Of a stretch of DNA of 36,792 nucleotides, positions 1 to 7,312 are shown piece after piece (positions within the stretch are counted from its first letter, which is position 1; each line of letters begins with the position of its first letter). The DNA is from Terriglobia bacterium (GTDB lineage Bacteria > Acidobacteriota > Terriglobia > Terriglobales > Acidobacteriaceae). The translations under genes were made by a program, and so were the position numbers. The notes beneath the pieces were generated by a model. That model searched no databases. It had not been told where the DNA came from and saw only the letters and a list, made by a program, of their open reading frames with translations. The stretch lies in NCBI GenBank assembly GCA_041498365.1, contig JBGQIG010000001.1, forward strand, positions 1-36,792. Direction: 5' to 3'.

Positions 1-1293
1 CGCGCCAATTCCGATGCGCGGCAGTTCATCACCACAAACACAATGGGCTGGTATGACGGGTTCGATCACTACGTGGTGGAACAGGACCTCGATCTCGCTG
101 TCTGGGATGATTATGTAGGCCAAGGACACCTGGATGCGGCCAAGAACGGCTTTGCCCACGACTTGACCCGTGGTTTCAAAGGCAAGAATTTCTGGGTCAT
201 GGAGACGCAGCCCGGCTCGGTAAACTGGGCGCCTGTCAACAACGCTCTCGATAAGGGAGAGGTTCGCGCCATGGCATGGCACGCCGTCGGCCACGGTGCC
301 GATGTCGTCAGCTACTGGCAGTGGCGCAGCGCCCTGAATGGCCAGGAACAGTACCACGGCACGCTGCTTGGAGCGGACGGCACGCCTGTTCCCTTGTACG
401 CGGAGGCGCAGCAGATTGGCCGGGAATTCGCTAAAGCCGGTCCGGCGCTGGCGGGGACGTCAGTCAAGTCCGAGGTTGCGATACTGCACTCGTACGACAG
501 CCGCTGGGCCATCGATTGGCAACGCCACAACAAGAACTATAACCCCATAGATGAACTCGTCAGCTACTACCGGCCGTTGCGAGCTGTCAGTCAATCCATC
601 GACGTGATCGAGCCAGTGGCTCCACTCCAGCAATACAAGTTGGTAGTAGCGCCTGGACTCAACGTGCTTTCGGATGCCGCCGCCAGGAACCTCGTTGAGT
701 ATGTCCGCCAGGGAGGACATCTGGTGCTGGGACAGCGCTCCGCCATGAAAGACGAGGACAATGGCCTGCAGCCTCAACGTCAGCCCGGGCCGCTGGCCGA
801 TCTGCTGGGAGGACGCGTAGAACAGTATTACGCGCTGCTCGATCCGGTTCCAGTCGAGGGACAGTTCGGCCCCGGACAGGGAAAGCTTTGGGCCGAGTTG
901 TTAAGCGCCAAAGACAGTGACACCGAAGTTCTGGAGCGCTACGGAAAGAGCAATGGCTGGCTCGATGGCGAACCGGCAGCCATCACCCGCAAAGTCGGAA
1001 AAGGCAGGATCACCTACATTGGCGCCTGGCTCGATGACTCGGCCATGAACGCAGCGGCGAAATGGATGGCGGACGTGAGCGGTGTGAAACCGGCACTGGG
1101 GGCGGTTCCGGACGGGGTTGAGGTGTATCCGCGCTACGGCGAGCACGGGGCGGTCTACATCTTGGTCAATCTTTCCAAGTCTGAGCAAACCGTGGCGCTG
1201 CCCTCCGCCATGAACGACGTACTCGAAGGCGGATCGAAATCATCCGTCCAGCTTCCGCTTTATGGTGTGGCGGTGCTGTCGACGGGGCACTGA
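1..1293 (+). CDS. Glycoside hydrolase family 42 beta-galactosidase, C-terminal ~430 aa (5' end outside window)
   Basis: Frame 1 is open from nt 1 to TGA 1291-1293; track ORF 43..1293 starts at an internal Met. The translation contains a GH42-type nucleophile region (FWVMETQPGSVNW) followed by a long C-terminal beta-domain region. Assignment is from motif memory. Confidence 0.8.
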   Translation, partial: RANSDARQFITTNTMGWYDGFDHYVVEQDLDLAVWDDYVGQGHLDAAKNGFAHDLTRGFKGKNFWVMETQPGSVNWAPVNNALDKGEVRAMAWHAVGHGADVVSYWQWRSALNGQEQYHGTLLGADGTPVPLYAEAQQIGREFAKAGPALAGTSVKSEVAILHSYDSRWAIDWQRHNKNYNPIDELVSYYRPLRAVSQSIDVIEPVAPLQQYKLVVAPGLNVLSDAAARNLVEYVRQGGHLVLGQRSAMKDEDNGLQPQRQPGPLADLLGGRVEQYYALLDPVPVEGQFGPGQGKLWAELLSAKDSDTEVLERYGKSNGWLDGEPAAITRKVGKGRITYIGAWLDDSAMNAAAKWMADVSGVKPALGAVPDGVEVYPRYGEHGAVYILVNLSKSEQTVALPSAMNDVLEGGSKSSVQLPLYGVAVLSTGH

Positions 1294-1303
1294 CACGAAA
1301 GCT

Positions 1304-1366
1304 TAACCACAGAGGATACGGAGGACACAGAAAAAACCTCTGTGTACTCTGTGTCCTCTGTGGTTA
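1304..1366. repeat. Palindromic hairpin element, CCACAGAGGACAC family, copy 1
   Basis: Left arm TAACCACAGAGGATACGGAGGACACAG and right arm CTCTGTGTACTCTGTGTCCTCTGTGGTTA are imperfect reverse complements. Each arm is built from GAGGACAC/GAGTACAC-like sub-repeats. The element lies 11 nt after the GH42 stop. Confidence 0.85.
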
Positions 1367-1460
1367 GATTTTCTTAAGTGGCAGACGCAAATCGTGCCCC
1401 GTCATCTCCTTCGGCTGCGGGATCCAGCGTGGCGGTGCTGCCGCCGGCGCACTGAGACCA
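1364..1460 (-). pseudogene. Relic duplicate of the 3' end of gpmI (last 19 codons plus stop intact, upstream part degenerate and frameshifted)
   Basis: 1364..1425 matches 1525..1586 with only 2 substitutions. On the minus strand it reads [19 protein letters not shown]-stop, identical to the real gpmI C-terminus; both substitutions are synonymous (CTG>TTG, CCG>CCA). Similarity continues weakly to about 1460 with a 2-nt deletion. There is no upstream ORF. Confidence 0.6.
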
Positions 1461-1466
1461 ATGTCG

Positions 1467-1526
1467 ACCACAGAGGGTACAGAAGACACAGAGGAAACCT
1501 CCGTGTACTCCGTGTCCTCTGTGGTT
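1467..1526. repeat. Palindromic hairpin element, CCACAGAGGACAC family, copy 2 (overlaps the gpmI stop codon)
   Basis: ACCACAGAGGGTACAGAAGACACAGAGG ... CCTCCGTGTACTCCGTGTCCTCTGTGGTT. It sits 162 bp downstream of copy 1 in the same orientation. Its last two nt are part of the gpmI TAA (1525-1527, minus strand). Confidence 0.85.
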
Positions 1527-3138
1527 AGATTTTCTTAAGCGGCAGACGCAGATCGTGCCCCGTCATCTCCTTCGGCTGCGGGATGCCCAGCATGGCCAGC
1601 ACGGTGGGCGAGATATCGCGCAGTGAACCGCCCGGCTGCAGAGTGAACTGTTTGCCATTCTCAGCGATCACAATAAATGGCACCGGGTTCGTCGTGTGGG
1701 CAGTGTGTGGGCCGCCGGTCACGGGATCGATCATCATCTCCGCGTTGCCGTGATCGGCGGTGATAAGCAGGGCTCCACCCTTGGCGCGAACAACGGGCTC
1801 AATGCGCCCAAGACAGGCGTCTACCGTTTCGACCGCCTTGACCGTAGGCTCGATTTTCCCGGAATGACCCACCATATCGGCGTTGGCGAAGTTCACGATG
1901 ATGACGTCAAAAGTTCCGTCCTCCACCGCTTTCATCACCGCATCGGCGATTCCGGCCGCGCTCATCTCCGGCTTCAGATCGTAAGTAGCAACTTTGGGTG
2001 AAGGCACCAGCACGCGATCTTCACCGGGAAACGGCTGCTCGATCCCACCGTTGAAGAAATAGGTTACATGGGCGTACTTCTCGGTTTCCGCCACCCGCAG
2101 GTTGCGCAAATTCATCTGCCCCATCACGTTGGCAAGAATATTGTCCAACGACTCCGGCGGGATCACGACCGAGAGCGAAAATTTCTTGTCATACTGGGTC
2201 ATACATACATAGTGCAGATTCCTGGGCACGCGATTGCGCGGGATGGCAGCGTCGAGATCTGCGGCCCCCGGCAAGTCGCTTCCACCTTGAGGGTTCAGCC
2301 CGCTGTTGCGGGCCAGGGCGCGGGTGATCTGGCGGACACGGTCGGCGCGAAAGTTGAAGCAGATACAGGAATCTTCATCGCGGATGGTAGCCAGCGGTTC
2401 TCCGCGATTGTCCACGCAGACGAAAGGCACGATGAATTCGTCGGTCACACCCTTGTTGTACGAATCTTTCACTCCCTGCACCGGGTCCACGTACTTGCCG
2501 CCTTCGCCATCGCCGAAGACCATCGCGTTGAACGCCTTTGCAAGACGCTCCCAGCGGCGATCACGATCCATGGCGTAATAACGCCCGTTCACGGACGCGA
2601 TCTTACCCGTGTTGTACTCACGCATCTTCTGCTGAAGTTGTTCCAGATATCCGGCGCCGTTGGTGGGCAAAGTGTCGCGGCCATCCATGAAGGCGTGCAC
2701 AATGACCCGGTCGACGCCGTTTTGCTTGGCCATTTTCAACAAGGCGTAGAGATGCGTCTGATAAGAGTGCACGCCGCCATCCGAAAGCAGTCCGAAAAGA
2801 TGCAGCCTGCGCCCGCCCGAGCGCGCATTTTTCATGGCGCTGAGCAAAACAGGATGGGAAAAGAACTCGCCCTTCTGGATCATCAGCTCAATGCGCGTGC
2901 TGTCCATGTGCACGATGCGGCCAGCCCCGATGTTGAGGTGGCCGACTTCGCTGTTGCCCATTTGACCGTCAGGCAGGCCGACATAGTGGCCGCTGGTCTG
3001 GATCAGCGTGTTGGGGTATTCCTGGAGCAGCCGGTCGTAGCTGGGTTTGCGGGCGAGAGCGATGGCATTGGCTTTGCTTTCGGCACGGTAGCCCCAGCCG
3101 TCGAGGATGATCAGGACGAGAGGTTTGGGACGGTTCAT
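1525..3138 (-). CDS. gpmI: 2,3-bisphosphoglycerate-independent phosphoglycerate mutase
   Basis: The 537-aa ORF carries iPGM hallmarks: [39 protein letters not shown]. The size is typical for GpmI. Confidence 0.95.
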   Translation of the reverse strand: MNRPKPLVLIILDGWGYRAESKANAIALARKPSYDRLLQEYPNTLIQTSGHYVGLPDGQMGNSEVGHLNIGAGRIVHMDSTRIELMIQKGEFFSHPVLLSAMKNARSGGRRLHLFGLLSDGGVHSYQTHLYALLKMAKQNGVDRVIVHAFMDGRDTLPTNGAGYLEQLQQKMREYNTGKIASVNGRYYAMDRDRRWERLAKAFNAMVFGDGEGGKYVDPVQGVKDSYNKGVTDEFIVPFVCVDNRGEPLATIRDEDSCICFNFRADRVRQITRALARNSGLNPQGGSDLPGAADLDAAIPRNRVPRNLHYVCMTQYDKKFSLSVVIPPESLDNILANVMGQMNLRNLRVAETEKYAHVTYFFNGGIEQPFPGEDRVLVPSPKVATYDLKPEMSAAGIADAVMKAVEDGTFDVIIVNFANADMVGHSGKIEPTVKAVETVDACLGRIEPVVRAKGGALLITADHGNAEMMIDPVTGGPHTAHTTNPVPFIVIAENGKQFTLQPGGSLRDISPTVLAMLGIPQPKEMTGHDLRLPLKKI

Positions 3139-3304
3139 TAAGCTCCTGGGTTCTTGTTCCGGCGGTTTGTAAGAATCTACGGGACAGTGGAAGAGGTTTT
3201 CAAACCTCGTGACGTCATAATATAGTCGGAGAAGGCCGCAATCATAGTCCCCGGCTTTCCTGCCCGGGCGAACCGCGAGCCCTACTCGACCTCACGGAGA
3301 ATTC

Positions 3305-3808
3305 ATGCCGATCAGTGAACTACTGCTACTCGAATTCGATTCAGAAATGGCCAAGACTCGTACGACTCTGGAGCGCGTTCCCGCGGACAAAAAGGACTTC
3401 GCGCCTCATCCCAAATCAATGCCCCTCGGCAAACTCGCACCTCACGTTGCCCAGCTCGCAGGCTTTGGACTCACCGTTTTGACAACTCCTGAACTCGATT
3501 TTTCGCGAGGCACCTACAAACCCGTGCCGTTCGAGTCTTCAGCACAACTCCTGGGCGTTTTTGATGAAGGCGTAGCCAAGGCTCGCGCCGCGCTGCAGAA
3601 CACGCCCGATCAAGCCTGGCAGCAGAACTGGAAGTTGAGTTTTCGGGGCAAGCCCATCTTTGAGGGACCGCGCTTCCTTGCTTACCGGCAAATGTTTCTG
3701 AACCATCTGGTGCATCACCGTGCCCAACTCGGGGTGTACCTGCGTTTGAATGACAAACCGGTGCCCGCGACTTATGGGCCATCGGCTGACGACACGATGG
3801 GGTTTTGA
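3305..3808 (+). CDS. DinB-family (four-helix-bundle, metal-binding) protein
   Basis: 167-aa ORF. The N-terminus has the pattern EFDSEMAKTRTTLERVPADKKDFAPHPKSMPLGKLAPHVA and there is a C-terminal HHRAQL motif, both typical of the DinB/DinB_2 superfamily. A GGAG lies about 8 nt upstream of the ATG. Confidence 0.75.
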   Translation: MPISELLLLEFDSEMAKTRTTLERVPADKKDFAPHPKSMPLGKLAPHVAQLAGFGLTVLTTPELDFSRGTYKPVPFESSAQLLGVFDEGVAKARAALQNTPDQAWQQNWKLSFRGKPIFEGPRFLAYRQMFLNHLVHHRAQLGVYLRLNDKPVPATYGPSADDTMGF

Positions 3809-3821
3809 GAGAACAGCGAGA

Positions 3822-4346
3822 TCAAGGGCTCGGAACGTGCGTGAGCTTGAGATCCGCAAACGTGGTCCACTTCCCGTCTTTGTCTTTTTGTTCCAACAGC
3901 CATTGCCACGAGTCGTGCTGCGGCGACCACCGGTAAGTAGTATGGAAAGGCCCATCCGGATACTCGAAGACGAAGCGAATCGCATTGCCATCACGAGTGC
4001 CGTAGCCGAGTGTCTCCGAAAACCGGGCTCCGAATACGTCGAGCAGGTGGCTGACGTATCTCTCGCTGACCGGGTCATAGCCAATGAACCAAATGGCCTC
4101 GTAGCGGCTCTCGGACGCAGGGGCGTTTGAGGCTGTCTTCTCATGAATGCGAAGAAACTGGTGATTCAGAACCCATTCTGCAGTAACGGTATGGTGAGCC
4201 GCTTTCCCCATAACCGTTCCTCCCAGCACCCAAGTGCCAGCCATGTGATCAACCAGGTCGTCATACCACTCTGCGGGCCGGCCTTGCGCGACAGACGATA
4301 TGGCAGCGATGACGACCAGGAGAAGGGATGAGAGTGCAGTTTTCAT
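3822..4346 (-). CDS. Secreted hypothetical protein (possibly DUF1579-like beta-barrel)
   Basis: 174-aa ORF with a clear signal peptide (MKTALSSLLLVVIAAISSVAQG). It is rich in W/Y/H. It is preferred over the overlapping Arg-rich alternative-frame ORFs. The family guess is weak. Confidence 0.7.
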   Translation of the reverse strand: MKTALSSLLLVVIAAISSVAQGRPAEWYDDLVDHMAGTWVLGGTVMGKAAHHTVTAEWVLNHQFLRIHEKTASNAPASESRYEAIWFIGYDPVSERYVSHLLDVFGARFSETLGYGTRDGNAIRFVFEYPDGPFHTTYRWSPQHDSWQWLLEQKDKDGKWTTFADLKLTHVPSP

Positions 4347-4381
4347 GATCGAGCTATTCTTTCCCAGAGCGCAGGACTTAT

Positions 4382-4402
4382 GGCACGACTGGAAGTCGTG
4401 CC
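4382..4402 (-). terminator. Stem-loop 30 nt downstream of eno (terminator-like, no U-tract)
   Basis: GGCACGAC-TGGAA-GTCGTGCC gives a perfect 8-bp GC-rich stem with a 5-nt loop. No T-run follows on either strand, so it could equally be a REP-type hairpin. Confidence 0.35.
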
Positions 4403-4432
4403 CTTCCCGGAGGCAACTGAAACCCAGAGCAC

Positions 4433-5749
<1,317 letters not shown>

Positions 5750-5798
5750 TCATCACTAAAACTCGTGATTATAACGGAAGCCCCAACATGACCCTGTT

Positions 5799-5892
5799 CT
5801 TCTTTGCGTACTTTGCGTTGCCTTCGCGACCTTTGCGGTCAAAAGCTTTTAACCGCAAAGAGCGCAAAGGAAATTCGCAAAGGACGCGAAGC
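5799..5892. repeat. Palindrome built from phased CTTTGCG / CGCAAAG heptamers
   Basis: The left arm carries 4 copies of CTT(T/C)GCG at 5802, 5811, 5822 and 5831. The right arm carries 4 copies of the complement CG-CAAAG/CGAAG. Spacing is about 9-11 nt around a centre near 5845. Track ORF 5788..6012 is just its translation. Confidence 0.8.
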
Positions 5893-5987
5893 ACTTCAGA
5901 TCAGTCTTCCCAACCCGTGCCTCTAATGGTTCCTCCACTTTTCCACAGGGTTGTTCCAGGCCACTTGTGCCCTAGAGTCAGTTCAGG

Positions 5988-6494
5988 ATGTTGGATCGTA
6001 CTGAAACTCTGACTGTCGGCTCACGGGCGCCAGAGTTCTTGTTGTCCGCCGCGAACCGTGACGGGATTCTCTCGCTTTCCGGCTTCTTGTCGCGGGCGCC
6101 GCTGATTGTGGAATTCCTGCGCGGCACCTGGTGACCGAACTGCGTGCAACGCATGGCTCAGTTAGAGCTGACGAAAAACGAAATCGGTCAGGCCAAGGCG
6201 GAACTCGTGTACATCGCAGCGGAGAAGGCCCGGGGGGTGTGGAACCCGGCAAAGTTTCTGCAGTCGCATCCGGTGTCATTTCCTTTTCTGCTGGATGAGG
6301 ACCGCTCGGTAACCAAAGCCTACGGGCTGTATCACCGGCTGGGCATAGATGCGATCAATATTGCGCATCCAGCGACGCTGGTGGTCGAGCGCGACCGCAA
6401 GGTGACATACATCTATCGCGGGGACAATCAGACGGATCGGGCGCCCTTCAATCAGGTGCTGGAGGCGGCAAAGAAGTTATCGGTTTCGAGTTGA
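5988..6494 (+). CDS. AhpC/TSA (peroxiredoxin-like, thioredoxin-fold) protein with in-frame TGA at the active-site Cys position; candidate selenoprotein (alternatively a pseudogene)
   Basis: ATG 5988 is the first start after TAG 5973-5975. It opens 48 codons ending ...PLIVEFLRGTW, then TGA 6132-6134, then the same frame continues PNCVQRMAQLE... to TGA 6492-6494. The joined ~168-aa product has the family layout, and the TGA sits in the RG-x-W-C-P-x-C motif. The track shows only 6144..6494. Confidence 0.6.
6150..6173 (+). promoter_or_regulatory. Candidate bacterial SECIS stem-loop downstream of UGA 6132
   Basis: Upper stem 6154-6159 (UGGCUC) pairs with 6165-6170 (GAGCUG): 4 Watson-Crick and 2 G-U pairs. 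The apical loop is AGUUA, with G in the second loop position, 25 nt after the UGA. A possible lower stem is 6150-6151 with 6172-6173. An alternative hairpin is 6141-6145 with 6149-6153. Folded by eye only. Confidence 0.3.
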
Positions 6495-6545
6495 GGCATG
6501 TTGTTTCGACCAGGTCGGCACATTTGAAGAAAATCAGGAGGCGGA

Positions 6546-7175
6546 ATGAAAAAACTATCTGTACTGTTTTGCGTGTTGTTGCTGGCGGCTGCGGCGGTGG
6601 CGCAGACCAACATGTCGTTGCCCGCAGGCACGGCGTTCAAAGTCAAACTGGAGAACACGCTGTCCACTTTCTCCAGCAAGGAAGGCGATCCCTTCTCAGG
6701 ACGGGTTACGGAGGCCGTAATGCTGGATGGGAAAACCGTCATTCCCGTCGGGACTACGGTGCAGGGTCGGGTCACAAAGGTCAATGAACCTCGCCGCATT
6801 GCAGGCAAACCGACGATCGGAATTTTCCCGGAGACGGTGGTCCTGCCCAACGGCGAGCGCTACATGCTTAACGCGGTGATGGTGGACACCAATCTCCGCA
6901 ACGGAACCGACGTGAATACCGAAGGCCAGTTCAAAGGTGACGGCCACGACGGGAAAGATCTGACCGAGATCGGCTTCGGAACCGGCGGCGGCATGCTGAT
7001 AGGCGGACTCGCGGCCGGGGGCAAAGGCCTGCTGATCGGAGGAGGGGTTGGCGCCACCCTCACGGTCGCGCATTGGCTGGGAAAGAAACGTTCGGCGGTG
7101 CTGCCGTCAGGCACAGAGCTGATGATGGAATTGAGCCGTCCACTGGAGATGACTGCCCAGAGCGGAGGACAATAA
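6546..7175 (+). CDS. Secreted hypothetical protein with C-terminal glycine-zipper segment
   Basis: 209-aa ORF with GGAGG 6-10 nt upstream of the ATG. Signal peptide MKKLSVLFCVLLLAAAAVAQ. The central region loosely recalls TrbI/VirB10-like beta motifs (LPAGTAFKVKL...VIPVGTTVQGRV). The C-terminus has GGGMLIGGLAAGGKGLLIGGGVGA. Confidence 0.7.
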   Translation: MKKLSVLFCVLLLAAAAVAQTNMSLPAGTAFKVKLENTLSTFSSKEGDPFSGRVTEAVMLDGKTVIPVGTTVQGRVTKVNEPRRIAGKPTIGIFPETVVLPNGERYMLNAVMVDTNLRNGTDVNTEGQFKGDGHDGKDLTEIGFGTGGGMLIGGLAAGGKGLLIGGGVGATLTVAHWLGKKRSAVLPSGTELMMELSRPLEMTAQSGGQ

Positions 7176-7180
7176 GCGGG

Positions 7181-7310
7181 ACGTCAGACCTCGGGCGTCG
7201 GACGAACTTCAGTCATGGGTACGTGGGCAGGTGTGTGATCGATGGCTCGGATGAGGTTCGAAGTCTGAGTCCGAAGTCCGAAGTCCGAGGTCCGACCCCG
7301 AGGTCCGTCC
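7181..7310. repeat. Inverted repeat with tandem GTCCGA(A/G) heptamers between convergent genes
   Basis: 7257..7309 holds about 7 degenerate tandem heptamers: GTTCGAA GTCTGA GTCCGAA GTCCGAA GTCCGAG GTCCGAC ... GTCCGTC. 7181..7206 (ACGTCAGACCTCGGGCGTCGGACGAA) is an imperfect reverse complement of 7283..7310. The element abuts the GH57 stop at 7313. Confidence 0.7.
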
Positions 7311-7312
7311 GG

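Noticed and set aside
1304-1526. Possible CRISPR array, given repeated ~60-bp units with intervening sequence here and at 22619..22769
   Set aside because: There are only two copies per locus. The repeats are long imperfect palindromes of unequal sequence. The 'spacer' is a duplicate of gpmI coding sequence. No cas genes or leader are present. The same family occurs at an unrelated locus, which fits REP/MITE-like elements.
2068-3141. Long antisense or alternative-frame ORFs inside well-supported genes. The 357-aa ORF 2068..3141 is opposite gpmI, 10133..11269 is opposite glgB, 21351..22529 is opposite the ABC exporter, 31072..31842 is opposite glpD and 34960..35802 is opposite the acylase. ORF 18007..18711 lies in another frame of the kinase, and 26241..26900 is opposite the secreted hypothetical.
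   Set aside because: All are Arg/Gly/Pro/His-rich low-complexity translations typical of the stop-poor antisense frames of high-GC genes. Each overlaps a gene with unmistakable family motifs on the other strand or frame, and none has a recognisable domain or SD.
5788-6012. 74-aa ORF (MTLFFFAYFALPSRPLRSKAFNRKERKGNSQRTRS...)
   Set aside because: It is the translation of the CTTTGCG/CGCAAAG palindrome. It also overlaps the true start region of the Prx-like gene in another frame.
7245-7270. GGTTCGAAG motif resembling a tRNA T-arm (GGTTCGAATCC)
   Set aside because: No acceptor-stem complementarity, D-arm or anticodon stem can be drawn around it. The motif is simply the first degenerate unit of the GTCCGAA heptamer array.
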